From assembly GCA_003693705.1 (NCBI GenBank), contig RBZT01000563.1, positions 152,055 to 216,054 on the forward strand: 64,000 nucleotides of DNA, given 5' to 3'. The notes beneath the pieces were generated by a model. The model saw nothing but the letters and a program-made list of their open reading frames with translations. It was not told the origin of the DNA and ran no database searches. Each line of letters begins with the position of its first letter. Position 1 is the stretch's first letter. Both the position numbers and the translations under genes were made by a program. The DNA is from Polymyxa betae A26-41 (Eukaryota > Protista > Endomyxa: Phytomyxea). Positions 25,790 through 37,837 of the stretch are shown here, piece by piece.

Positions 25790-28700
25790 ATGCAGACTTT
25801 AGGCGTTGAGGAGAAAGCATTCTATTCGTTAGACGCCCAACAAGTGGCTAAGGAATTCAATGTCGATCTCGAAAAGGGCTTAAGTGCTGAAGAAGTCCAT
25901 GCACGATTGGAAAAATATGGGCCGAATGTGCTTTCAGGAAAAACGGCTGAAAGCATATGGATTCTGCTATTTCGACAGCTGGCCAATTCGATGACGCTTG
26001 TTCTTCTTGCGGCAACTGTGCTCTCATTTATTACGAAGGATTATGCTGAAGCCATCGTCGTTTTTCTCATCATCATCGCCAACACCTTCACCGGTCTGTA
26101 CCAAGAAATGAAAGCTGAAAAGACAATGTCTGCTTTGCGAAGTATGTCATCGCCAACCGCTAATGTATTAAGAGATGGTGAGCAGAAAACCATCCCTACA
26201 ATAGACTTGGTACCAGGTATGAATAACAACACGATATCGTATTAGCACGAAATGTTTTGTAGGTGATATACTTCTGTTGAAGAATGGAGACAATATTGGC
26301 GCTGATTGCAGGCTGATCTACAGTCAGATTCTTGGGATTGATGAAGCCCTCCTTACTGGGGAAACCCACCAAGTCGAAAAGCATACAGGAGTTATTGGGA
26401 GCGAGAAAGTCCCTGTTGGCGATCAGTTCAATATGGTGTTTTCCAGTACGACCGTGACGCAAGGACGAGGCAAAGGTCTGGTGGTTCGAACTGTAGGTTT
26501 GGATTATAGTAATGGATTTCAATGGTAATGTCGGTTTCTTCAGGGAATGGAATCAGAACTGGGAAAGATTGCTAAGTCTATGTTTGAGACCAAAACCAAC
26601 GATTCCAAAACCCCTTTGCAACGCTCGCTCGATAACATGGGAACGCTGCTGATCTTCGTTTCTGAAGTTCTTGCTCTGATCGTCTTCGCTGTGAACGACT
26701 TTGTATTTAATGTCAATGTCGTCCTGTACGCTGTTGCTGTCGCCATCGCCGTTATTCCTGAAGGTTCGCGCGCACGAATAGTTCTGCAATACTCAATCAA
26801 CAAACGTTATAGGCTTGATGGCCGTCGTCACTCTGACAATGGCCTTGGGTATGCGTCAGATGTCAAAGCAGCGTGTTCTGGTCCGAAAACTGATCGCTCT
26901 GGAATCTCTCGGAAGGGTCACTAACGTTTGCTCTGATAAAACTGGCACCCTGACGCAAGCCGTTATGACCGTTACGAAAATCTGGCTCCCCGGCAATGGG
27001 GTTTATTCAGATGAGGTCCAACAGGGTGTCGACGTCTCCAAGGAAAAGGTCGTTGAACCACATGTCGAAAGTTTAATAGAGAATGGAACAAGTTCATTTC
27101 AGTTACTTGGAAAATGTGCATCATTATGCAATATGGCGGAGCTGAAATTTGATTCTGATGGTAATCTGCTGTATGGGATCGGAGATGCAACCGAAATCGC
27201 TCTACAAAAATTTGCTCACAAATACGATTTGGGAAAGAAAACAATTATTTCTGACGATGGCTATGATCTATGGGTCGAACATACGTTCGATTCTACTCAT
27301 AAGCGAATGGCTGTTGTCTATAAGAATCCACATGGTGAGGGCGCTGTAGTTTTTGTCAAAGGTGCGACAGAGAAGATCATGGGGCGATGTGTCGCGATTC
27401 AAAGAGCAAACAAGGCCTGTCCAATGTCCTATGAAGAATTGGCTAATGAGATCCTGCCGGTTGTGCAAAGGTTATCATCTCAGGGAATGAGAACTATATC
27501 ATTAGCGATGCGCTACTTGGAGAACGTCTCATGTATGGACGCTGCGAAAGAGATCCCTCGTGGGGAAGTCGAGTCGAAGTTAATGTTCCTTGGACTTGCC
27601 GGTATCACTGATCCTCCCCGACCAGAGAGCAGAGCCAGTGTCGATCTGTGCCACGAAGCTGGAATAACCGTTCACATGTTGACTGGAGATCACCTCATGA
27701 CGGCAGTGGCGATCGCGCGACAAGTCGGTATCTTGCCATCATTGGGTGACGTACGAGAAGGTGAAAGTCTATGCATTATGGAGGATGAGAACTGTCTGGT
27801 GATGACTTCATCTGAGTTTGATCACATGACCGACAATCAAATCGGTAGGTAACCAGATCTTATTCTGTCTTTGCCTAAAGTGTTGCAGATGCTCTCACGG
27901 ATCTGCCGAAGGTTATTGCAAGATGCAGTCCACAAACGAAAGTTCGAATGATTCAGGCTCTTCATCGAAGAGGATGTATTGTGGCTATGACTGGAGATGG
28001 TGTCAACGATTCTCCCAGCTTGAAGTTAGCTGATGTTGGGATCTCCATGGGACAGAATAGCTCCGACGTTGCCAAACAAGCGTCCGATATCGTCTTGACT
28101 GATAATAATTTCGCCAGTATCGTCAATGCAATTGCAGAGGGACGTCGTATATTCAGAAATATCCAGCGATTCGTTGCTGTATTGATTGGCGGAAATGTAG
28201 CCGAACTATTTGTTCTGATGCTTGGTTTGTCGTTCGTCGACTCTAGTGGTCATTCCGTATTTCCATTATCACCTATCCAGATTCTAGTTAACAATATGGT
28301 CAGGAGAAGACCTATTACTACGTGCTATATCTTACATCTGATTAACTAGGTAACTGGAACTCCATCCGCGCTAGCGCTTGGTATGGAGAAGAAAACGCCT
28401 GATGCCATGAAAAGGCCTCCTCGATCGGCAAAGCTCGGGCTCTTCGACGCCGAACTCGTCACTGATATCATTTTCTATGGTTGTATTATTGGTGCAATCA
28501 CACTCTTCGATTTCTATGCAACTATTCACTGGTTCGGGAATGGAGTTCTTGGATCTGAATGCGACGTCAATTTTACCGACCGATGCAACGATCTGTATCA
28601 AGCTCGCGGTGTCGTGTTTGCAGCATTGACAATCTTGATGCTTCTGCACACATATAACTGTCGTGATATTCGAGGTCGTATGTGGAATATGGCAGGGCTA

Positions 28701-28919
28701 CGTCGGTTCTTTGATAATCCCTCCATTACCAATGCTGTGGTTATCGGATGCTCCATTGCTATCGTATCGCTCTACATCCCTGGACTCAATGATAGAGTGT
28801 TCAAGCAGATCGGGTTTGTAGCTGAATGGAGTCTGGTTTTCGTTTCCATTCTTGTCTTCATTGTAATTTCCGAATTGTACAAAATATTCAAGACCTGGCT
28901 TCTCCCTCCGTTCCATTAG
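25790..28919 (+). CDS. ENA: ENA-type (P2D) Na+/K+-exporting P-type ATPase, copy 1
   Basis: DEALLTGE, AVIPEGL, CSDKTGTLTQ, FDSTHKRM, KGATE, DPPRPES, HMLTGDH, ARCSPQTKVRMI.ALH, MTGDGVNDSPSLK, VFPLSPIQIL; 5 introns. MLTGDH, NDSPSLK and VFPLSP are typical of ENA pumps. Confidence 0.9.
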
Positions 28920-29730
28920 TCATTTACCATTATATATCATTGTAGAACTGAGGGAGGGCGCAATCTGAATCTAACTGCAACTAATACGTTTTACAACAGA
29001 TAGGCGAGCTGAATACGTGAACATGTTTTCTGTATAAATATTGTCTTTTTGTAATTCAAAAGTTTTCAAATTTGCTACCGATGGGCCTCGACGAGCTGTT
29101 TCGACCTCTGTACTGTACAGAACGATTGACCTAACAGCAGCTTTTTCAACAGCCCTCCTGCATTTGAGAGGTGTCAGAAGGTTGCATTGGCAAATTCCCA
29201 GGCAGACAGGCAAGCGAATAATTCCGGATCAAATCTCTCCATGTTTGAACAGACGACGGAACCGAACCTTAAGCCGGCAGGATTCAGATAATACAGAGAT
29301 GAAGCGACTCCAGTAACGAAATCATCTTCTTTTGGAAATGTCTCGGAGGCTGCTCCGCTGCCTTGGCTTTTCTAGTCTGTAGATAGGCTATAGGCAGGAT
29401 CAGAACCAAACTTCATGGGCACCCATGCAGAAATCTGGGTTCAGAGACACTCATTTTTAAATCGATATTCGAGGCTAGCTCATAAGCGCGCCTGAAAATC
29501 CTCATGTTAGCAGAAGAGATTGTGTCAAACGAATCATAGGCTGGATAGAGCCTGTTTGTATCAACTCAAGGAAAGTTTCCTTAACTTGGCGAATCGACAG
29601 AACTCAGCCTCATCGCTCCGTATGTTGCCATTAGCAAGAAAATAGTTAATTTCTGTCAGGTTCTGTCCACTATGTTCTGGTTTCAATCTCCGAATCATGC
29701 GTTCATCGATCTTCAAGCTCTGTTCAGAAT

Positions 29731-32700
29731 ATGAACCGAGCCTACCATACCTTAACTGTCGACCAAATCCTGGCCGAATTATGTGTTGATCCAGATATCG
29801 GTTTATCTGACAAAGAGATCAACGATCGATTCCAGAAATATGGCCCGAATGCGCTTTTTAAAGAAAAGACTGAAAGCCCATGGATTCTACTCTTCAATCA
29901 GCTGGCCAATTCTATGACCTTTGTTCTAATTGTCGCAACTGTTCTGGCGTTCGTCACCCAAGATTTCGCTGAAGCCATTGTTGTTCTACTGATCATCATC
30001 GCCAATACTTTGATTGGTTTCTATCAAGATTATAAAGCTGAAAAGACAATGGCTGCTTTACGAAGTATGGCATCACCGACTGCTAATGTATTAAGAAACG
30101 GCGAACCAAAACACATTCCTGCATCAGAGGTGGTTCCAGGTATTCAACCAAAACCCGATTTCATTGATTTCTGAGTCTCACTTCCAAGGCGATATTCTTC
30201 TTTTGAAGGGCGGTGATAATGTTGGGGCTGATAGTAGGCTGATCACCTGCCATAGTATTGGTGCTGATGAGGCTCTGCTTACTGGCGAGACCCATCAAAT
30301 CGAGAAGCATTGCGATGTGATTGAAGAAGAGCAGGTTCCTGTTGGTGATCAACACAATATGGTATTCGCAAGCACAACGGTGACACAAGGTAGAGGACGT
30401 GGCGTCGTTGTACGAACTGTAAGTCTGTCCTTTGGTGACGTCGCTTTACTCAATCCGATCGTTTCAGGGAATGTACACGGAGCTGGGTAAAATCGCCAAA
30501 TCGATGTTCGAGACGAAATCGCGAGAATCTCAAACCCCATTGCAACGCTCGCTTAGTAATATGGGGCTCGTGTTATTAGCTGTGGCAGTCGTGTTTGCAG
30601 TCATTATTTTTGCTGCGAACGGATTTGACGTGACGGTGAGCGTTCTTCTCTATGCTGTTGCTGTTGCGATTGCTGTCATTCCTGAAGGTCCCAGATCACA
30701 ATTCGTCCGTGCTAATTGATTTAATCGCATTTAGGTTTAATCGCCATTGTGACTTTGACGATGGCCCTGGGAATGCGTCAAATGGCCAGGCAGCGTGTTC
30801 TGGTTCGAAGACTGATCGCTCTGGAGCTGCTGGGAAGAGTCACAAATGTCTGCTCTGATAAGACCGGCACCTTAACTCAGGCCATCATGACTGTTTCGAA
30901 AATCTGGCTTCCTGATATTGGGATCTATTCAGATGAGGTCTCGCAGACCTCGGAGCCACTGAAAGAGACAGCTGGAGAATCAACCTCCATCCAATCATTG
31001 GTTGAGAACAGAATAAGCTCCTTCTTGCTTTTCGTGAAATGTTCATCCTTATGTAATATGGCTGAATTGAAGTTCGATGACAGTAATCACCTCATCTCTG
31101 GTATTGGAGACGCCACCGAAATCGCCTTGCAAAAGTTTGCTCACAAGTACGAGTTCGACAAGCAGAAGATAATCTCCGAGGAAGGATGGGAGCTATGGGT
31201 GGAACATGCGTTCGATTCTCATCATAAAAGAATGTCGGTGATCTATCACCATCCGCATGATCATGAAACTGTGATCTTCACAAAGGGCGCTCCTGAAAGG
31301 GTATTGGCTCGGTGTATGTTCATCCGACGAACAGACCAAATCTCTCCAGCATCATTCGAGGAATTATCGAATGAGGTTCTGCCGGTCGTGCAAAGATTAT
31401 CGTCGCAGGGCATGAGGACTATAGCGCTAGCGATGCGTTATCTGGACAATGGCACATCAATGAACTCAGCCAAAAAAATCCCCCGGAAGGAAGTTGAATC
31501 GAAGCTGATCTTTATTGGACTTGCTGGTATCAGTGATCCTCCTCGACCTGAAAGTAAGCTCAGCGTTGCAATGTGCTATGATGCTGGAATCACGGTTCAC
31601 ATGCTGACGGGAGATCATCTGCTGACAGCAGTTGCTATAGCTCGACAGGTTGGTATATTACCCTCATTGGATCAAACATATTATCAGGAATCTCGATACA
31701 TGCTCGAGGAAGAGAAAGAATACGTCATGACATCCACTGAATTCGATAACATGACTGATAACCAGCTCAGTATGATCATCACTTTTATTTGATCGATAAT
31801 ATGCTAACTTACAGCAGATGCTCTGGAGACTTTACCGAAGGTTATAGCCAGGTGTAGCCCCCAGACGAAAGTTCGAATGATTAAGGCTCTTCATCGAAGA
31901 GGATGTATTGTGGCTATGACTGGAGATGGTGTTAATGATTCTCCCAGCTTGAAGTTAGCTGATGTTGGGATCTCCATGGGACAGAATAGCTCCGATGTCG
32001 CCAAACAGGCGTCCGATATCGTCTTGACTGATAATAACTTCGCCAACATCGTCAACGGCATCGCCGAAGGACGTCGTATTTTCAAAAACATCCAGCGATT
32101 TGTTGTTGTTCTGGTCGGGGGAAATATAGCCGAACTGTTCGTTCTGATGATCGGGTTGGCGTTCGTCGCCAATGGGCACTCTGTGTTCCCGTTGTCACCG
32201 ATCCAGATTTTAGTGAACAACCTTGTAGCTGAGCCAATCAATGCTTAGATGCCTTAACTGATCTTTTTCATAGGTGACGGGAACGCCCTCGGCGTTAGGG
32301 CTTGGAATGGAGAAGAAATCACCCGATACGATGCAACAGCCCCCTCGAAACGCCAAGTTGGGGCTTTTTGACATCGAGCTTATTACAGATATATTTTTCT
32401 ATGGATGCGTCATTGGGGCGATCACGCTCTTCGATTTTCAAGCAACTGTTCAATGGTTCGGTGATGGATATCTTGCACCGGATTGCGATTTCGTTTTCAC
32501 TGACCAGTGCAATACTCTATATCGAGCACGTGGTGTTGCATTCGCAGTATTGACAGTTTTAATGCTGCTGCATACATATAACTGCCGAGACCTTCGCGGT
32601 CGAATGTGGAATGTTGCAGGAATGCGACGGTTTTTTGACAACCATGCCATTACGGTGGCTGTTGCGATCGGTTGTTCAATTGTGGTTATATCGCTCTATG

Positions 32701-32843
32701 TCCCAGTTCTGAACAACAAGGTTTTTAAGCAACTCGGATTTGATGCCGAATGGAGTTTGGTTTTCGCCTCGATTTTCGTGTTTATTGTAATTTCGGATCT
32801 GTATAAGGTGGGGAAATGTTGGGTCCTGCGACGTCTCCATTGA
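29731..32843 (+). CDS. ENA: ENA-type (P2D) P-type ATPase, copy 2 (tandem paralog)
   Basis: Same motifs and the same 5 intron positions as copy 1; intact reading frame after splicing. Confidence 0.9.
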
Positions 32844-32953
32844 AGGGGCAGTTGCTTATGCTTATTGTTAAGTAAAAACCATGGACTACCATATACATAC
32901 CAATACAAATGTTTTACAATACTGTATACTCAACAGATTGTTCAAGATAAATC

Positions 32954-34007
32954 CTGGAAGATCATAAGACTCTTGTTATGACATTTGATGAATTCGACAG
33001 TATGATGTATCAAATCGGTAAAGAACAATATCTGCTTTCTTTGAACTGGCCCTTTTGCTAATAGCTTGCAGATGCTCTCGTGAATCTTCCGAAAATTTCA
33101 GCCAGGCGTAGCTCCCAGACGAGAGTTCGAATGATTCAGGCTCTTCATCGAAGAGGATGTATTGTGGCTATGACTGGAGATGGTGTTAATGCTTCTCCCA
33201 TCTTGAAGTTAGCTGATGTTGGGATCTTCCTGGGACAAAACAGCACCGATGTTGCCAAACAGGCATCCGATATCGTCTTGACTGATAAAGATTTCTGCCA
33301 ACATCGTCAACGGCATTGCAGAAGGACGTCGTATTTGCAGAGATATTCAGCGATTCATTGTTGTTCTGGTCGGGGAAAATATAGCCGAACTGTTCGTTGT
33401 AGTGATTGGCCTAGCCTTCGTCGATGTTGCTGGCCATTCTGTGTTTCCGTTAACGCCGATCTTGATTCTAGATAGTAGCCTGGTCATGAGGAGGAACTGT
33501 TCCTCCACTTTCTAATAGTTTCTGATGGATTAGGTGATTGGAACACCATCGACTTTTGCGCTTGGTATGGAGAACAATCTGAACATTCAATGAACCGCCT
33601 ACCCTGATGATTAAAGCTCGGTCTCTTCTAATGTTCATATGATTGGTGATTTCCATGACAATATTCAGTGGTTGGAATCCCAACTAGTTGCGACACGAGG
33701 TTTGGCAAATCACTGACGATTCGTATCGTGCTCTAGTAATGGTGATTGCTGGGTTGACGATCTTTCATGCTGTTGCATACATATCGCGATATCCGAGCAC
33801 TAATGTGGAGTATGAAAACATTCTTTGAGAATCCTGCCCATTACCCAAGCTGTGGCTATCGGCTGTTGTTCTGTCGTGATCATATCACAATACCTTCCAG
33901 GTTGGAACACCAAAGTCTTTCAACAGCGAGCATTTGCAGCACATCCACTGTTGTATTTTAATGCAATTTCTGAGTAATATAAAAAGTGTTGGATTCTTCC
34001 ACCATTT
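32954..34007 (+). pseudogene. 5'-truncated, frameshifted third ENA ATPase copy
   Basis: Homologous to the 3' third of copies 1 and 2 and retains intron positions. GDGVND is mutated to GDGVNA, there is a frameshift after LTDKDF, and further stops and deletions follow. Confidence 0.88.
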
Positions 34008-34045
34008 CTTCGAATACAGACATTAATCATAGGCCGAACGAGAAA

Positions 34046-34339
34046 TCAACGGTTCTGCTTGATTGGCTTGGTGAAGTGGCGCTTTGAAAGCCGATGCCGA
34101 CGTAGTTGGCCGATATCATGAAATGTTCTTGAGCAAACGTTGCATACTCGATCGACACCTTCGGCTGCACTGTTACTAGCCGGTTTCTTATCTGAAGCAA
34201 GGGTCAGCACAATCACCGACCGCCAACGACAGGCAGAAATACCTGATACCCAAGCCATAATTTGAAACTGGCCATGCACTGTCTTCACAGTTCGTTTGGT
34301 CCTGCGCCAAGCGCCTGGTGCAGCGGCGTTGTCAGCCAT
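34046..34339 (-). CDS. 80-aa microprotein: YY1-REPO/2W-hairpin-like motif plus one C2H2 zinc finger
   Basis: ATG 34339; in-frame 51-nt intron 34192-34242 (GTATTT..GCTGAC..TTCAG). Product is ..WRRTKRTVKTVHGQFQIMAWVSDKK..CNVCSRTFHDIGQLRRHRLSKRH.. Confidence 0.75.
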   Translation of the reverse strand: MADNAAAPGAWRRTKRTVKTVHGQFQIMAWVSGISACRWRSVIVLTLASDKKPASNSAAEGVDRVCNVCSRTFHDIGQLRRHRLSKRHFTKPIKQNR

Positions 34340-34721
34340 AGAGCATTGAGGTAGAATGGCATTATTTGATGCGGGATTACGTCGTTAAGATGCGTTACAC
34401 AGTCCCATTAGGGTTCATATCACACCAATCGACCATGTGGTTGTATGATACTGATTACGGCAGGACGGCAGCCCAGCTTCATTAGAGGTGCTCTTCCACA
34501 CTGAACGTAGGAGGCTGCTGCTATACCATCAACTGGCTCATCCGTCTCTCCAACCTCATTCGATGTTTTGTCCCCATTTGAGAGACAAACTCGGCTCATC
34601 TGGCGGCGTTTGCAAATGGTTTCCCATCAACAGTGGACGTTGTGACTTCAAGGATCATGTGTACTGTACTTGAATCGATGGGAAGTAGTACCGGTAGTGA
34701 ACCGGGTCGCGAACCTGCTTG

Positions 34722-35789
34722 ATGGCGACAGGACGAGGAAGGTCGCAGGCTGGGGCGTTCTCGGCCCAGTCGGCCCATCGAGATGATTATCGTCCGCCTC
34801 CATTACCGGCTGCACAGCCGAGTCCTGTCAACAGACCTAGACTGTTTATTCCCTTCACCGGCACCTCTACGTCAAGCGATTATCGAGCTTTTCCTCGCGA
34901 AGCGTTGCTATCTAGCTCTGTCAAACGTTCCGAGCCAATTACGAATCATATCGGCGATCGTTCGTCAGCAACCAAGTTTGATTGGTGTTCAACCAATCGC
35001 GAAGATTTTCGCTTTCATCAACGTCCGCCTGCAGAGACAGCAAAGCCTCCCTCACAGCGTCGTTTAGTTCTACCATTTACTGGCCAGAGCACCTCTCGAG
35101 CTGATTTTCAGGCTCCGCCTTCTGAAGTTCTTCGCAGCAGTCGACCCGGATCTGCTGCCCTGAAATCGTTCAATGATAGGGATAATATCCATGTTACAGA
35201 CTTGCTGGATGACGCCAAGTTTGAGGGTTCTTCTTCTTATACCAGCGAATATAAGCCCATACCTTTACCGCTTTCTCAGACGCTTTCTCAACCGACCCTC
35301 GAATATGTTCCTTCTCAAGAGCCGCCGTTGCGATTCGAAGGCGTTTCCGAGAGCCATTCGCAGTATCGCTCGATTGAGCTAGAGAAGGGGCACCGAACGC
35401 CTATTGATAGCAAGACGTTCATTAGCTCGATATCCAGTCCAGGTTCCATGTTTGAGGCAACGACAGAGTTTCGTGCAAGCTTTAAGCCGGTGCCATTGGA
35501 GAGACACAATATTGCTCTGGAGCCATATGTTATGGACGATTCCATTCCATTCGATGCGACGACGGAATCTAGAGCCAGTTACCGACCTTACGTTCTCAGT
35601 AAATCAGATGGAACTCCATCGGTATCTGGCAGAGCAAGCCCTGTATTCGAAGGGAATTCAGGCAGAGCAAGCCCTGTATTCGAAGGGAATTCAGGCAGAG
35701 CAAGCCCTGTATTCGAAGGGAATTCATCCCATCGTATTGATTATGTCCCATACTCAGATCAAAGCTGCAAACGTAATGACTCCTCATGA
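34722..35789 (+). CDS. SAXO/STOP-like microtubule-stabilising protein (Mn-motif repeats), start uncertain
   Basis: About 8 repeats of F-x-G/A-x-S/T-x4-D/E-Y/F: PFTGTSTSSSDY, PFTGQSTSRADF, FEGSSSYTSEY, FEGVSESHSQY, FEATTEFRASF, FDATTESRASY, FEGNSSHRIDY. Confidence 0.78.
   Translation: MATGRGRSQAGAFSAQSAHRDDYRPPPLPAAQPSPVNRPRLFIPFTGTSTSSDYRAFPREALLSSSVKRSEPITNHIGDRSSATKFDWCSTNREDFRFHQRPPAETAKPPSQRRLVLPFTGQSTSRADFQAPPSEVLRSSRPGSAALKSFNDRDNIHVTDLLDDAKFEGSSSYTSEYKPIPLPLSQTLSQPTLEYVPSQEPPLRFEGVSESHSQYRSIELEKGHRTPIDSKTFISSISSPGSMFEATTEFRASFKPVPLERHNIALEPYVMDDSIPFDATTESRASYRPYVLSKSDGTPSVSGRASPVFEGNSGRASPVFEGNSGRASPVFEGNSSHRIDYVPYSDQSCKRNDSS
35628..35726 (+). repeat. Perfect 33-bp x3 coding tandem repeat (GRASPVFEGNS)
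   Basis: ggcagagcaagccctgtattcgaagggaattca occurs three times. Confidence 0.97.
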
Positions 35790-35965
35790 CCTGGCGCTAT
35801 CACTTTTAATACAATTCAGACAATTTTCAAATGATCTTCATTCGTTCATCTATGACTGCCGAAAATTCACGTTGATCTCAAAAAAGTTCATTCGCCATCA
35901 TCAAGAATGGCCATTCCGAGAGGTTTTGTTGCTGATAGAATTTCCACAACAATATTGAACGATTC

Positions 35966-37707
35966 TCAGACTCGGAAGTCCAATGTTTCCGAATGAGTAC
36001 TTTCGCTAGATGCCGGATATATAGAGTCTTTCGGATTCGATGAAGGCTTCCAAATCGCATCAGCCACCCGACAAACGTCGACAGCAGCGGAAACATTATG
36101 GACACGAACGAAATCGTAGCCAGCTGCAACCGAAGCCGATATAGCAGCAGCTGTTCCCCAATCGCGATCTCGGGCTTCGCTCTTGCCTGTTATGAGACCC
36201 AGAAACCGCTTTCTTGAGGGGCCGATGAGCGACGGCCATGTCCAGTGTGGCTTCGTCCTCAGCAACTCAACATTCTGTTCAGCGTTCTTGGCGAATCCAA
36301 TCCCGGGGTCGGCCAGCAGATTATAACGGAATAGACCATGCCGCATTGCTCTCTGGCAACAGCTTTCAATGGAATCAGCGATCTCCTCGTGTAGGTTGTT
36401 ATACTGGTTGAGCTTGGTCATGCTCGCTGGATCTCCTCTCATATGCATGCATACATAAGGAACTTGTAGTTTCGCTGCAACTTTGAGCATATCGGGGTCA
36501 GCATTACCACCAGAGACATCGTTTATCTGTAACAGTTGAAAATCCTCATGCTGACGAAACCTGAACGATTTATTACCACGTGAGCCCCCGATCGAACGCT
36601 CTCCTCAGCGACGCGGGCGTGGAACGTATCGATAGAGATCAGAATTGATGGGTTCACAGAGCGAATGCGCTCTATCACCGGAATCACTCGTTCAAGTTCG
36701 GCTTCAACTGAAACGGGTTCAGCACCAGGGCGCGTTGATTGGCCTAAAACGCATTAAGAAGATACGATTCCTCAATGAAAATACAATCGCACCACCAACA
36801 TCGACAATATCGGCGCCTTGCCTCCATAATAATTCTGCATGTTCTGCAGCCAGATTCGAATCATAAAACTGTCCCCCATCGCTGAACGAATCTGGGGTCA
36901 CATTCACCTGGATTTACAGATTATTACGCATAGAAAACGGCTTTTGTGGTTTCACAATACGATTCCTATTATAAAGGTTCTTGTGCCCAATCTGAAAATA
37001 GAATCACCGATAGGTATGATTCGACAGATTTGCATTTGCTGCTCGGCAGGTAACTGATCAAGAAGTTTGCTGACAGTGAGACCATGGCCAGGAACTGAAT
37101 AATCAGGCTGAATATCGGCCCATGGTCGAAGCACGAACGCTCTTTGATGGGCTAAAGCGTGTGGAATCACCAAATCCGGTTGTGACACAACCGAGTCGCC
37201 ACTAAAGTTCATTCTTCAATGCTTCAAACATAAGAAAATCGAATATTCGATTCGTCCAAAACTCTGATTGAAAAAGACGAATACGTGCCAAGAAATGAGA
37301 TTAAAATCAGGATGTTTGATAAAACTTTTGCAATGGTTTAATGCTGCTGACCTGGCTATGATATCAAGATCGATGGGTCTTGGGCTCCTATATTACTAGA
37401 TAACGGTAAAGCCTTAAGCAGAAACAATAGATTACCATCGGGCTGCCGATAGGTCTCGTCCCAGACCAGATTCGATCGATTTCAAATGCTGTAGCAGATC
37501 GCGATGATGCAACTGCGTCTCGATCAGACACACCGTGTTTAGGAAGCGAGGCTGGCGGGTCGACGTCCCCCAAGGCTCGCTATCGTACAGGAACGAGGTC
37601 GCCTTGACCGCCGTCGTCGGCAAGGCGTTCAGGGCGAGCAGCGCCGAGCGGATGTTGGCGACCCGATTGCCGAGATTCGATCCCAGGCCGACTATTGCGG
37701 GCGTCAT
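35966..37707 (-). CDS. Bifunctional HPPK-DHPS (folate biosynthesis)
   Basis: HPPK: VGLGSNLG, QPRFLNTV, RWSPRPIDLDII, LVIPH..HQRAFVLRPWADI. DHPS: GIVNVTPDSFSDGG, DVGGQSTRPGA, SIDTF, INDVSGG, MHMRGDP, DPGIGFAK, GPSRKRF, VRVHNV; 5 introns. Confidence 0.95.
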
Positions 37708-37837
37708 CGTTCCGATTGAAGATCTGTGTCGTCGCAATCATCTCTATCATAAAGACACTGCTTTAACCTAATGACAACCAATCTCTCTCTCTCTCTCATT
37801 TCATCGAATATGAACAGTGGGAGTTCGTTACATTCAG

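Noticed and set aside
25790-32843. In-frame stops as an alternative genetic code or readthrough
   Set aside because: Every interruption is explained by a short GT-AG intron under the standard code.
35628-35726. 33-bp repeats as a CRISPR array
   Set aside because: No spacers; head-to-tail, in-frame coding repeat in a eukaryotic gene.
35966-37707. HPPK-DHPS, kynureninase or the OFA transporter as recent bacterial transfers or contamination
   Set aside because: All carry multiple spliceosomal introns typical of the surrounding genes.
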